Counted from the first letter of the whole stretch, positions 9,668-20,092 are shown. The stretch: 62,193 bases of DNA, filler included, from Nitrospinota bacterium (GCA_030620925.1; 11 parts of 11 records of this genome joined end to end with filler, not necessarily neighbours in it); one strand, 5' to 3'. Notes: a model not told the origin generated them from the letters alone. Made by a program: numbers and translations.

Positions 9668-9839
9668 AACAAAGAAATAATCGTTTGGGGTTAATATCCT
9701 CCCCCTTGCCCCGCCTTCCGCGGGGTGTTTCGCCGGGGAGGATGGGAGAAGGTGATTATTATATTGTAAGGGCGGGGCTTGCCCTGACCCGGGCGCAATC
9801 CCGCGGCACGCGGGATGCCCCTGCGCTTCAAATATTGGG

Positions 9840-11861
9840 ATGAGCATGATGTCTTCTGATGTCAGGCTGCAGGGAACGGACGGGGTGAGGGGGCTGGTTT
9901 TGCCTTCCGACCATGAAACTGTCCGTTCGCTCTCTCCCCAGCAAGCCTTCCTTGATAAAGGCGTTATCACCGAGCAGTTTGTGGAGCTATACAGCTACTG
10001 CGTTGTCCGCTGTATGCTCGGGTGGGGGGAGATGGAGCAGGGCGGTGAGGTGGTCATCGGCTGGGACCCCAGAGATGAAAAAGGAACGCTGGCCGGGGCT
10101 GCGGTGAGGGGTGTCTTGAAGGCCGGGGCCAGGGCGCTGACCACCGGCGTGAGTCCCACGCCTGCCGTCCCCCTTTTCATGCTTTATAAGAGGGCGTCGT
10201 TGAGCCTGGTGGTGACCGCGTCCCATAATCCCGCCGACGAGAACGGAGTAAAAATTTTTCTGCCTCATGCGGCGCTGAAGCCCCTGCCGTCGGAGGACGG
10301 CATCATCAGCGAAGCGGTTCTCAATACCGATTTCGGATCGCTTGCCGATATGGAAGCAAGTACGGCGGCGGCGGACTTCTCAGCTCAGGCGGCGGCCCTG
10401 TTCAAAGATCACTGTTGTCAGGGCCGGAACTCCTGGGTGGAAGGACCGGCTGCCCTGGATCATCTCACCCTCGTCGTCGATCCCGCTAACGGTGCGTATA
10501 CCGGCGTGGCCCGGGAAGTATTCGAGCGTCTGGGCACCGGTGAAGTCATTGAGGTCAACCCTTCCTGCGAGGGGCCTGTGAATAACGGCTCGGGGGTCAC
10601 GCAGTTTGATGGAGTGAGACGCATCGGCCCTGACTTCGTGGGCGACGGAGGAGAAAATTTCAACGACAACACCGCCGTCTTGACCCTCTTCGAGACCGGG
10701 AGGCGGAAGAGGCGCGAGATTCAGGAGGGGAATGCTGAAGTAAGTGCGGCCGTCTTCGATGCCGACGGAGACAGGTTCTATCGGTTGGACTATCATGCCG
10801 ACGAGGATATGGCGGTGGTTCTCACCGGAGATTATATAGCCGTCCTTCAGGCGGAATACCTCATGGAGAAGCATAAGGGGGAAAAGGGCGGCCGGCTTTT
10901 CATCACCACCGTGGAAAGCGATATAAACGTCCTCTCTCACGCGGGGGATCTGGGCATGGAGACGGCGCTGACCGGCGTGGGAGATAAGTGGATACTCAGG
11001 GAGATAGCGGGGCGCCATCTGCCGGGAGGAGCTTCCGGAGAGCCTAAATCGGCTTTGAGCTACCTGCGGCTGCTCAGGGACGGGCCGCTGGAGGGCGCGG
11101 AGCAGGTCGTTTTTTTCCTGGGAACCGAGGATTCGGGCCATAACGTTACTGCAGGTTGGCTGGAAGATTTCAAGGGAGAGACATCACCCATATTTATAGG
11201 GAACGGTCTCAAGAGTGCCGTAAACTCTTATGCGGCCGGCGCCCGGCTCCGCTCGCAATTGTCGCAAAGTGAGTATGGGGAGCGCATTCGGGGACCGTTT
11301 ACCCGCGGATTCAAAAAGACATATTACGTTTATCACTCTGACAAGGGTAGATTTAAAAGGGGGAGCTCTTCCTGGAACGGTCTCGAATCGATCTTGCGAA
11401 TGGGGATAACGGGTTTCCTGGGCGGCAGATGCCGGGTGAACAGGAAGAAGTTCAGCGAAGAAGAGGATATGCTGTACCTTTCGGTGCGTGATGGTGGCGG
11501 TTTGCGGGCCGGGGTTTTCGCGAGGAACTCGGGCACGGAAGACAAGACCAGCATCAACCTCAGGGGAAGGGTGGAGGACGGGGAGAACTTGTCGGATGTG
11601 GGTTTGCAGGGCATAGCCCTGTTGGCCGAAGAGTTTAAGAGCGCGGCAACACCCATGGGTGAGGCGGCACTGCGGATGCTGGAGATGCTCTTCAGAAGCG
11701 GGCCGATGCCGGAAGGGAAGCTGAAACAGGAGTTCATGGATATAGATGTTGACAGGCTGTTCAATGAGATGTTGAATAAAGAAAGGTCTGTCTGCAAATT
11801 GGGAGAGGAGTTCCACCTGACCCTTCTGGGGGATCAGATTTGCAGACGGCGATTCGGATGA
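9840..11861 (+). CDS. Alpha-D-phosphohexomutase, probable phosphoglucosamine mutase (long variant)
   Basis: GTDGVRG, TASHNP (phosphoserine), FDADGDR (metal loop), GTEDSGH and RNSGTE. Lies between glmS and a GlmU-like gene. Confidence 0.85.
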   Translation: MSMMSSDVRLQGTDGVRGLVLPSDHETVRSLSPQQAFLDKGVITEQFVELYSYCVVRCMLGWGEMEQGGEVVIGWDPRDEKGTLAGAAVRGVLKAGARALTTGVSPTPAVPLFMLYKRASLSLVVTASHNPADENGVKIFLPHAALKPLPSEDGIISEAVLNTDFGSLADMEASTAAADFSAQAAALFKDHCCQGRNSWVEGPAALDHLTLVVDPANGAYTGVAREVFERLGTGEVIEVNPSCEGPVNNGSGVTQFDGVRRIGPDFVGDGGENFNDNTAVLTLFETGRRKRREIQEGNAEVSAAVFDADGDRFYRLDYHADEDMAVVLTGDYIAVLQAEYLMEKHKGEKGGRLFITTVESDINVLSHAGDLGMETALTGVGDKWILREIAGRHLPGGASGEPKSALSYLRLLRDGPLEGAEQVVFFLGTEDSGHNVTAGWLEDFKGETSPIFIGNGLKSAVNSYAAGARLRSQLSQSEYGERIRGPFTRGFKKTYYVYHSDKGRFKRGSSSWNGLESILRMGITGFLGGRCRVNRKKFSEEEDMLYLSVRDGGGLRAGVFARNSGTEDKTSINLRGRVEDGENLSDVGLQGIALLAEEFKSAATPMGEAALRMLEMLFRSGPMPEGKLKQEFMDIDVDRLFNEMLNKERSVCKLGEEFHLTLLGDQICRRRFG

Positions 11862-11893
11862 ACGGGAATTATTGATACCAGCGGAGCGCGTTG

Positions 11894-12739
11894 ATGAAAG
11901 ATGCGAGAACCATAGAAGAATTCAGCCCTGCCTATTATTTCCCCGGCCTGCAGGATTTCAATCATGCCCCTCTCTTTAGTGGGCTTAACGAGGTCTGGGA
12001 AGCCGTGGCCAGATTGCGAGGATACGTGTCCGGAGCCCTTTCGGGCGAGATCGCATCGACCAGCAAAACAGTTCGAGATTTGGCCGGTGCACGGCTCATA
12101 CCGCTTCCGGGGGAAAATGAAAAAGTAAGGGATGGTATACTCTCCACTGAGGGATACATATTATGCGAGGAGGATGTATACCTGGAAAGGATCGGTATAG
12201 CGATAGGCGAGGGGACGATTGTCGAGCCGGGGGTGGTCATTAAATCACCGGCAATCATAGGTAGAAACACCGAGCTGCGCCAGGGGGCTTACCTCCGGGG
12301 CAGCGTGATCATCGGGGATGCCTCGGTGGTGGGTCATGCAACCGAGATTAAGAACTCGGTTTTCATGGACCACGCCGAAGCAGGCCATTTCGCTTACGTG
12401 GGGGACAGCATACTGGGGCAGCGCGTAAACCTGGGGGCTGGAACCAAACTGGCCAATCTGGAGTTTCGCAGCGCCAGGGAAAAGGAGTCTCGCACTATAA
12501 GGCCGATCACCATCACCATCGATGGACGGCATTATAATACCGGGCTCAGAAAGCTGGGTGCCATCCTGGGGGACAACGTGGAAACCGGCTGCAATTCGGT
12601 GACCTCTCCCGCTTCCCTTATAGGTCATGGTTCCTGGGTCTATGCCAACACCACGGTTAAGAAAGGGGTCTACGCCCAGAACGTGGTAATCAGGAACGAT
12701 AATGGCAGGATGGATGTCGTTGCACGCCGCGAATCTTAA
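11894..12739 (+). CDS. Stand-alone hexapeptide-repeat acyltransferase (GlmU C-terminal-like, probable glucosamine-1-phosphate N-acetyltransferase)
   Basis: LbH repeats, EIKNS, HFAYVGDSILG..VNLGAGT and RKLGAILGD. No nucleotidyltransferase GxGxR motif. Confidence 0.8.
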   Translation: MKDARTIEEFSPAYYFPGLQDFNHAPLFSGLNEVWEAVARLRGYVSGALSGEIASTSKTVRDLAGARLIPLPGENEKVRDGILSTEGYILCEEDVYLERIGIAIGEGTIVEPGVVIKSPAIIGRNTELRQGAYLRGSVIIGDASVVGHATEIKNSVFMDHAEAGHFAYVGDSILGQRVNLGAGTKLANLEFRSAREKESRTIRPITITIDGRHYNTGLRKLGAILGDNVETGCNSVTSPASLIGHGSWVYANTTVKKGVYAQNVVIRNDNGRMDVVARRES

Positions 12740-12760
12740 TGTCCGGCCAGAGTGCTCTCC

Positions 12761-13728
12761 ATGAGTGAGTTTGATATAGAAGACAGTCTTAACGAAAAAC
12801 AGCAGGAAGCAGTCCATCATACAGAGGGTCCTCTACTTATACTGGCGGGGGCGGGCTCGGGTAAGACCAGGGTTATCGTGCACCGCATCGCCCACCTGGT
12901 AGATGCAAAGGGTGTGGCGCCCTGGAACATTCTGGCCATAACCTTCACCAACAAAGCCGCCGTTGAGTTGCGGGAAAGGACTTCCGCTTTCCTGGGTTCC
13001 CGCGCCCAGAGGTTGTGGCTGGGCACCTTCCATTCTTCCTGCAACAGAATCCTCAGGGAGAACCCCTGGAAGAAAGAGTCCTTCAAGGATTTCGTCATCT
13101 ACGACGAATCGGACAGCTCGTCCCTGGTCAAAAAGTGTCTCAAGGATCTGAATATCAGCTCCGAGCTTTATCCTCACTCCTCCGTTAAATGGAGAATTGA
13201 ACGCCTTAAAGACGGGCTGACTACACCTGAACAGTTTATGAGCTCACCATTGGTCAGTCCTCTGGACGAGAAGGTCGCTGCCGTCTACCCCCTGTATCAG
13301 AAGCGCCTCCGTGAAGCCAGGGCTTTTGACTTCGGGGACTTGATTATGGTGGTAACCCAGTTGCTGGAATCTGACAGGGCTGTCCTGGAGGGATTGCAGG
13401 ACAGGTTCAGGTACATAATGGTGGATGAATATCAAGATACCAACTACGCCCAGTTCCGGCTGCTTCAGCTTCTAGGGGCAAAACACGGAAACGTATGCGT
13501 GGTGGGTGATGACGACCAGAGCATCTACAGGTGGCGGGGGGCCAACCTGGAGAACATACTCCATTTCGAAAGTCATTATCCGGCAGCCTGTGTCGTCAAG
13601 CTGGAGGAAAACTACCGCTCCACCAAGACCATACTGGGGGCGGCGTCCGCCGTTATCAGCAAGAACGTGGGCCGTAAGGATAAAAAGCTCTGGACCAGGC
13701 GCCGGCAGGGGGACCTCATTACCCGCCA
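12761..13728 (+). CDS. pcrA: ATP-dependent DNA helicase PcrA/UvrD, 3' partial
   Basis: AGAGSGKT, TFTNKAA, GTFHS, VDEYQD, GDDDQSIY.WRGA and ENYRS. Confidence 0.93.
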
Positions 13729-13828
13729 NNNNNNNNNNNNNNNNNNNNNNNNNNNNNNNNNNNNNNNNNNNNTTAATTAATTAANNNNNNNNNNNNNNNN
13801 NNNNNNNNNNNNNNNNNNNNNNNNNNNN
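13729..13828. other. Artificial contig linker
   Basis: N44-TTAATTAATTAA-N44. Confidence 0.99.
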
Positions 13829-15005
13829 TCTCCTCTTTCCCCGCGCGGTATACTTTGCCGCTGGCCGGGTGTCTATGCCCGTAAAGCAACAGACCCACCG
13901 ATGTTGCGTAAATGGGGCTTCGAGAGATCTCGGTGAGACCTTTCACTTCCGACGGGTACCCTATGCGGGCATGAAGTTTGAATACCTGCTGAGCTATCTC
14001 CCTCATGCCTTTCATGATAGAGGAGCCGCCGGTTATTACCACACCTGACCCGGTGAGCCCATCCATCCTCTCTTCAGAAAGGCCGTCTTTGACCAGGCTG
14101 AACAGTTCCTCTCCTCTCGGTTCTATGATCTCGCAGAGTAGCCTGTGAGACAGCAGCCTCGACTCGCCGCCCCCCACGGTGGGGACTTCCAGCAGGCCGT
14201 CATCCTCCAACATGGCCTTGGAAGCGCACCCATGAGTCCGCTTTATGCGCTCAGCTTCCTCCAGCGGGGTTCTCAACCCTACGGCTATATCATTGGTGAC
14301 CTGGCTTCCGCCCACGGGGAGCACAGAGGTATGCATAATGCTCCCTTTGTCGAACACCGCCACGTCGGTCGTCCCCCCTCCTATGTCTATCAGTATCACG
14401 CCGAGTTCTTTCTCGTCCCCGGTGAGTACGGCCTCGCTGGAGGCTAGCTGTTCCAGAACTACGTCCCTGACGTCCAGACCGGCCCTGTTGACGCATTTTA
14501 CGATGTTTTGGGCGGATACTAATGACCCGGTTATGATATGAACCCTGGCCTCCAGCCTTACACCGGAGATACCCAGGGGAGTTTTCAGACCTTCCTGATC
14601 GTCGACGATATATTCTTGAGGGATGACGTGTAAAATTTCGCGGTCCATGGGAATGGCCACCGCCCTTGCAGCGTCCAGCACCCGCCTCATGTCCTCGCTG
14701 GATACTTCCCCATGCTTTATGGCGATGACCCCGTTGCTGTTGACACCGATGATGTGCTCACCTGCGATTCCCACCACAACGGAATCGATTTTGACTCCCG
14801 CCGCCGCTTCCGCCTCCCGTACGGCCTGTTTAATGGAGTGCACCGTGGCCTCGACGTTGATGACCATCCCCTTACGCAGACCCCGGGAAGGGTGTACTCC
14901 CATCCCGATAATCTCCAGGTCCCCCGATTCCCCGCGGTGTCCTATCAGGGCGCATATCTTCGTGGTCCCGATATCCAGGCCGGCTATGGTTTTCGAATTC
15001 CTCAC
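13829..15005 (-). CDS. ftsA: Cell division protein FtsA, 3' partial
   Basis: GLDIGTTKI, DIGGGTT and VITGG. Located in the dcw cluster. Confidence 0.97.
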
Positions 15006-15754
15006 TGCTGCCTTGCACCGCCTTTCTGTTGATATCTCACTACCACTTTATCAGGAAAAGTCAAGTCTATATATCTGATGGCATCCATCTGCGGGTGGAT
15101 ATGGTCGGCTATGGCATAGAGGCGCTTTAGTTTATCGCCGATGGAATCAGTGCCTATCACTATGGGAGGTTTGTATCCCCGCAATTGTATAGTTTCCAGG
15201 CCGACGTTCTCTGTGTTGACCTTGTACAGCTCCCCCTCAGGAACAAAGGGGAGCGAGGATACGGCCTTTACTATTATGAGAGCTCTGAGCGTTTTCTCTC
15301 CGCTTATATACTGGCCCGGAATTATTTCCACTTCCTCTCCCCCTGCTATGTATGGTAACCCCGGGGAGGCGCCGTTTCTTCTCAGCTCAAGCACCACCCC
15401 ATCTTCATCCAGCAAGGCGCGGGGCGCGCCTTCCAGCACGGCGAGCGCTTTTCGCTCCACGATATCTATCGTTATGGTGCGAGGGAGCTTTCTTTTCACC
15501 GCAACCTCTTTCACCCTGGGGTGTATGAGCACCTTGCGGCGCACAGTTTCCGTATCCAGGGTGAAAATGTTTTGCCCTGCTTTTATACGACCGAGAGTTT
15601 TGACTTCCTCAGGGTCGATATGTTCGTTGCCCGTTATCTCCAGCGTCGTTACTTGAAAGTAAGCGGAGGTGGTTATCCATTTTTTACCCTCTTGAAGGGC
15701 TATGATTGTCCCCATTACCAGGATTATTAAATAGACCGTCTTTACAGCGTTCAA
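15002..15754 (-). CDS. ftsQ: Cell division protein FtsQ/DivIB
   Basis: N-terminal TM, POTRA domain (ITGN...V.RKLP.TI.I.IVER) and YIDLTF. Overlaps the ftsA start. Confidence 0.9.
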   Translation of the reverse strand: MNAVKTVYLIILVMGTIIALQEGKKWITTSAYFQVTTLEITGNEHIDPEEVKTLGRIKAGQNIFTLDTETVRRKVLIHPRVKEVAVKRKLPRTITIDIVERKALAVLEGAPRALLDEDGVVLELRRNGASPGLPYIAGGEEVEIIPGQYISGEKTLRALIIVKAVSSLPFVPEGELYKVNTENVGLETIQLRGYKPPIVIGTDSIGDKLKRLYAIADHIHPQMDAIRYIDLTFPDKVVVRYQQKGGARQQ

Positions 15755-15779
15755 TGGGTATTATCCCTCCGCCACCCTA

Positions 15780-16727
15780 CTATTCGCCGATCACCTTTAT
15801 CTCTTCTTCCAGACGGATGTCGAAGCGGGCGGCGACCGATTCCCTGGCGCGCTCCATGAGTTTTAAGATATGTGCAGCTTTTGCGCTGCCCCTATTCACA
15901 ATGATGTTGCCGTGTAGGTGGGAAATCTGAGCGTCCCCTTCGCGCTCTCCCTTTAGCCCACACTCTTCCATGAGGGTCCCGGCGCTTTGCCCCGGAGGGT
16001 TTTTGAAGATGGAACCCGCGTTGAAAGGGAGCACTTGCCTGGATGGTGAGGGCCTGTCCGGTGCTTTCACAACCCGTTCCGCGCTTCTGCCAAGCACCAA
16101 CTCCGCTTCCACAATCACCCCCCTGGCCGGGTATTCGGCGCGTCTGTATCCAAAATCTATCTCCTGTCGGGTGAAGGAAACCAGCTCCCCTTTTCCTGTC
16201 AGCATTTTTACCGTTTTGACTCTGTCTCCTATGGAGGCCGAGTTTCTTCCGGCGTTCATGGTCAGGCTCCCGCCAAGAGAACCGGGAATGCCCGTCAACG
16301 CCTCCAGTCCCTCCAGCCCTTTATTAAGTGCGAAGAGGCAGACCCGCGACAGGCTGGCGCCTGCACCCGCCCTGACTATCACCCCCTGGCCGTTCCCGTT
16401 TTCAGTAGAAATATAATTAAAGCCTCTGAACAGGGAAACCACGGCGCCGCGTATCCCCTGATCACTTACCAACAGGTTGGTGCCTCCGCCCAGAGGGTAG
16501 AGGGGGATGCCGCGGGAGACGGCGGTTGAGGCCACTTCCTGCAATTCGTCCATGTTTTCGGGGAAGAGTATTATGTCCGCTTCCCCTCCTACCCTGAGTG
16601 AGGTAAACTCCCTCATTGGCCGGCGGTGCAGTTTCTTCACCGGTAGTTGTGATAAAGCATGCGTGTCGATGGGGTGAGCGGTCAATAATGTTTCTCCATT
16701 TATGCCGGTCCTGGGTCGAAGGGTCAA
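15780..16727 (-). CDS. murB: UDP-N-acetylenolpyruvoylglucosamine reductase
   Basis: TSLRVGG.AD, GGGTNLLV.D, GIPGSLGG...MNAG, AGSIFKNP and LEEEI. Confidence 0.95.
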   Translation of the reverse strand: MTLRPRTGINGETLLTAHPIDTHALSQLPVKKLHRRPMREFTSLRVGGEADIILFPENMDELQEVASTAVSRGIPLYPLGGGTNLLVSDQGIRGAVVSLFRGFNYISTENGNGQGVIVRAGAGASLSRVCLFALNKGLEGLEALTGIPGSLGGSLTMNAGRNSASIGDRVKTVKMLTGKGELVSFTRQEIDFGYRRAEYPARGVIVEAELVLGRSAERVVKAPDRPSPSRQVLPFNAGSIFKNPPGQSAGTLMEECGLKGEREGDAQISHLHGNIIVNRGSAKAAHILKLMERARESVAARFDIRLEEEIKVIGE

Positions 16728-18094
16728 TCCGCCTGGTCCAGATAATCCTCCCCAACCTGCGAGATGTCACCCGCCCCCAGGGTCAACAGGATGGCATCGT
16801 CCAGGTCCAGACTTTTAAGCAAAGGGAGAACCTCTCCTTTATCAGGGCATAAGATGGGCTTGCATTTGCCCTCTTTCTCTATTCCCTCTTTGATGAGTTC
16901 CGCGGTTATGCCCGGAATCGGCCTCTCGCCCGCGGGGTAAATGTCGGTCAGGATAAGGGTGTGGGCGTCATTGAAGCTGCCGAAAAACTGCGGCAGCAGG
17001 TCTCTGGTCCTGGTATAGCGGTGGGGTTGGAACACCACTACCAGCTTGCGATCGGGCCATCCCTCCCGGGCCGCGCGCAGGGTAGCTTTTATTTCGGTGG
17101 GATGGTGGCCGTAGTCGTCCACCACCATGGTGTTTCCCACCCGGCCTTTTATCTGAAACCTCCGCTGCACGCCGCTGAAATCTTTAAGTGCTCCGCGGAT
17201 GGCGCTGAAATCCATCCCAAACTCGAATCCCACGGCAATGGCCGCCAGTGCGTTGTAGGCGTTGTGCAGACCCGGCATCCCGATGCTCACTTCTCCCAGC
17301 TTCTGGCCCCGGTGCTGAACCTGGAAGCTGGTTTGCATCCCGGAGAAGGATATTTCGTCGGCTGTGTAGTCCAGCGACCCTTGCAGGCCGTAGGTAACGT
17401 ACCTTTTTTCTACCTTGGGAAGAATGTCCCTGATGTGTTCCTGGTCGGTGCAGAGCACGGCCAGCCCGTAGAAGGGCACCTTGTTAATGAAATCGAGAAA
17501 AGCCTTTTTTATCGTTCCCAGGTCTTTGTAATGGTCCAGGTGTTCTTCATCCAGGGTAGTGACCACAGCCACGGTGGGTGTCAGCTTCAAAAAGGAGCCG
17601 TCGCTTTCGTCCGCCTCGGCCACCAGCAGGTCGCCCTTTCCCAGGCGGGCGCTGCTTCCCAGTTGGTCCACCTTCCCACCGATGATAACCGTGGGGTCAT
17701 GCTCCCCTTCAGAGAGCACGGCGGCGACCATGGATGTGGTGGTTGTTTTTCCGTGGCTCCCGGCGACCGCCACCCCATATTTCATTCTCATCAGTTCGGC
17801 CAGCATCTCCGCCCGGGGGATGACGGGAACGGCACTCCTTCTGGCGACCATCACCTCGGGGTTGTCTTCGGACACGGCGGAGGAAACGACCACCACGTCG
17901 GCCTGCCGGAGGTTATCCTGGTGGTGGCCGAGATAAAACTCAGCTCCCAGCTCCACCAATCGTCTAACCGTATCCCGCTCCACCAGATCGGAGCCGCTGA
18001 CCTTATAGCCCATGCTGAGCAAAATTTCAGCGATGCCGCTCATCCCGATGCCGCCGATTCCCACGAAATGGATACGTTGTGTGTTCCTGAACAT
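16724..18094 (-). CDS. murC: UDP-N-acetylmuramate--L-alanine ligase
   Basis: GIGGIGMSG, GSHGKTTT, EADESD, DDYGHHPTE and FQPHRYTR. Confidence 0.98.
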   Translation of the reverse strand: MFRNTQRIHFVGIGGIGMSGIAEILLSMGYKVSGSDLVERDTVRRLVELGAEFYLGHHQDNLRQADVVVVSSAVSEDNPEVMVARRSAVPVIPRAEMLAELMRMKYGVAVAGSHGKTTTTSMVAAVLSEGEHDPTVIIGGKVDQLGSSARLGKGDLLVAEADESDGSFLKLTPTVAVVTTLDEEHLDHYKDLGTIKKAFLDFINKVPFYGLAVLCTDQEHIRDILPKVEKRYVTYGLQGSLDYTADEISFSGMQTSFQVQHRGQKLGEVSIGMPGLHNAYNALAAIAVGFEFGMDFSAIRGALKDFSGVQRRFQIKGRVGNTMVVDDYGHHPTEIKATLRAAREGWPDRKLVVVFQPHRYTRTRDLLPQFFGSFNDAHTLILTDIYPAGERPIPGITAELIKEGIEKEGKCKPILCPDKGEVLPLLKSLDLDDAILLTLGAGDISQVGEDYLDQAD

Positions 18095-18102
18095 CCTTTC
18101 TC

Positions 18103-18756
18103 CTATAACAGGTGCGCGTCCGGGTTGGACCTGTTCAAACGTTTCTCCTTCGTAGAAGTAGAGTTATTGTAAACCAGATCGTAAATCAGGTCTGCAACTT
18201 TTACGGCTGCATCGGGTCTCCCGTACCCTGCCAAACGGTTACTCATCTCCTCCAGCATTTCGCTGTCCTCGATAAGCTTTTTGATGGTGCCCGCCAGGAG
18301 CTGACCGTTGAGCTCCGCGTCCGGCACCACTTCCGCCGCACCGACCCGTTTTAGCTCCATAGCGTTGGCCTCTTGATGGCTGCCCGCGGCGAAGGGGTAG
18401 GGGACGAGTATGGAGGCCTTCCCGCAGGCCATGAGCTCGGCCAGCGTGGTAGCACCCGCCCGGGCGAGGACCAGGTCCGCCTCGAGGTAGCACCTGTCGA
18501 TATCTTGAAAGAAGGGTTCAACCTCCGCCTCCAGCCCTGACGAGGCATAAGCGGCGCTCACCTCCTGATAGTCCTCCTCACCGGTCTGGTGGATTATTCT
18601 CAGAGGCTCTTTCCAGGATGATAGAAGCGGGAGCGCTTCCATTACCGCCTTGTTGATACTCCTGGCTCCTCTGCTTCCTCCTAATATTAAAATCGTGTCG
18701 GCCCCGCTGTGGGGAGTCTTTCCGGGCGCCTGCGGGCTGGAGGAGAAACGCTTCCT
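18103..18756 (-). CDS. murG: Undecaprenyl-PP-MurNAc-pentapeptide GlcNAc transferase, 5' partial
   Basis: The frame is open to the contig edge with GGSRGA. Also HQTG, RAGATT..E and HQ..NA. Confidence 0.95.
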   Translation of the reverse strand, partial: RKRFSSSPQAPGKTPHSGADTILILGGSRGARSINKAVMEALPLLSSWKEPLRIIHQTGEEDYQEVSAAYASSGLEAEVEPFFQDIDRCYLEADLVLARAGATTLAELMACGKASILVPYPFAAGSHQEANAMELKRVGAAEVVPDAELNGQLLAGTIKKLIEDSEMLEEMSNRLAGYGRPDAAVKVADLIYDLVYNNSTSTKEKRLNRSNPDAHLL

Positions 18757-18758
18757 CA

Positions 18759-18858
18759 NNNNNNNNNNNNNNNNNNNNNNNNNNNNNNNNNNNNNNNNNN
18801 NNTTAATTAATTAANNNNNNNNNNNNNNNNNNNNNNNNNNNNNNNNNNNNNNNNNNNN
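18759..18858. other. Artificial contig linker
   Basis: N44-TTAATTAATTAA-N44. Confidence 0.99.
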
Positions 18859-19383
18859 GCCCGCACCTTTCAGAACGTAGAGCTCTTTGAAAACATGACT
18901 ACCATGGAGAACATACTGGTCGGCCAGCACCTTAACCAGCGCGGAGGGTTGCTTGGAGGAGCCTTGTTCAGCAAGACAGTCAAAGAGGATGAAAGAAAAG
19001 TCAGGGAGCGCGCCGTCGAGATAATGGAATTCCTGAACCTCATGGCCTTCGCCCAACAGCTGGCCGGCGGCCTCCCCTTCGGGATTCAGAAGAGAATCGA
19101 AATGGCCCGTGCCCTGGCGCTCAATCCCAAGCTCTTGATGCTGGATGAACCCGCGGCCGGCCTGAACCCGCAGGAAGTTGAAGAAAAAGCTGAGCTCATC
19201 CGGGAGATCAGAGAATCATACGGGCTCACGGTCCTCCTGGTCGAGCACGACATGCGTTTGATCATGGGGATTTCAGACAAGATTACGGTATTAAACTTCG
19301 GCAGCAAGATCGCCGAGGGCGACCCCAGCGAAATTCAAAACAACCCAGACGTCATCGAAGCTTATCTCGGAGAGGAGGAGTAG
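18859..19383 (+). CDS. livG: Branched-chain amino acid ABC transporter ATP-binding subunit (LivG-like), 5' partial
   Basis: ARTFQN, LDEPAAGLN, VEHDM and VIEAYLG. Confidence 0.9.
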   Translation, partial: ARTFQNVELFENMTTMENILVGQHLNQRGGLLGGALFSKTVKEDERKVRERAVEIMEFLNLMAFAQQLAGGLPFGIQKRIEMARALALNPKLLMLDEPAAGLNPQEVEEKAELIREIRESYGLTVLLVEHDMRLIMGISDKITVLNFGSKIAEGDPSEIQNNPDVIEAYLGEEE

Positions 19384-19387
19384 GGCG

Positions 19388-20092
19388 GTGCTGAAAATAA
19401 ATAATATGGCTGCTCATTACGGCAATATTCAGGCCCTCAAAGGTATTTCCCTGGAGGTGCCGGAAGGTCAAATAGTAACCATCCTGGGGGCTAACGGCGC
19501 AGGGAAATCCACCACCCTCAGAAGCATATCCGGCATCGTGCCCATCACCGGTGGTGAAGTAGAGTTCATGGGCCAGCGCATAGATAACATACCGCCCGAA
19601 AAGATCGTTCGAGCAGGGATATCGCAGGTGCCTGAAGGCAGGGAACTGTTTCCTGAATTAACAGTGGCCGAGAATCTGCGCATGGGGGCCTACACACTCA
19701 GAGGCAGTAAGAAAATCGAGGAGCACCTCGAGCGCGTCCAGGGCCACTTTCCGATCCTCGCCGAGAGGAGGAACCAGCATGCGGGAACCCTCTCCGGGGG
19801 TGAACAGCAGATGCTGGCCATAGGCAGGTCCCTCATGTGTGAGCCCAAGCTCTTGATGCTGGATGAACCCTCACTGGGTCTGGCCCCACTCTTCGTAAAG
19901 GAAATTTTTGAAATAATCAGCGAAATCCACAAGGCGGGCATCACCATTCTCCTCGTGGAACAGAACGCCAATAAAGCCCTTCAGATCGCCGACTACGGTT
20001 ACGTGCTGGAAACGGGTTCAATAGGGCTGCAAGATCAGGCATCCAACCTTCTCAGCAACGACCACGTGCGCAAGGCCTACCTGGGAGCCTAG
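19388..20092 (+). CDS. livF: Branched-chain amino acid ABC transporter ATP-binding subunit (LivF-like)
   Basis: GANGAGKST, VPEGR, LSGGEQQM, DEPSLGLAP and VEQNA. Confidence 0.93.
   Translation: MLKINNMAAHYGNIQALKGISLEVPEGQIVTILGANGAGKSTTLRSISGIVPITGGEVEFMGQRIDNIPPEKIVRAGISQVPEGRELFPELTVAENLRMGAYTLRGSKKIEEHLERVQGHFPILAERRNQHAGTLSGGEQQMLAIGRSLMCEPKLLMLDEPSLGLAPLFVKEIFEIISEIHKAGITILLVEQNANKALQIADYGYVLETGSIGLQDQASNLLSNDHVRKAYLGA

Noticed and set aside
16961..18172. Long antisense ORFs (403 aa here; also 50291-51253, 59563-60453, 52111-52902, 10380-11141)
   Set aside because: They lie opposite well-conserved genes, lack recognisable motifs, and are expected shadows of GC-rich codon usage.
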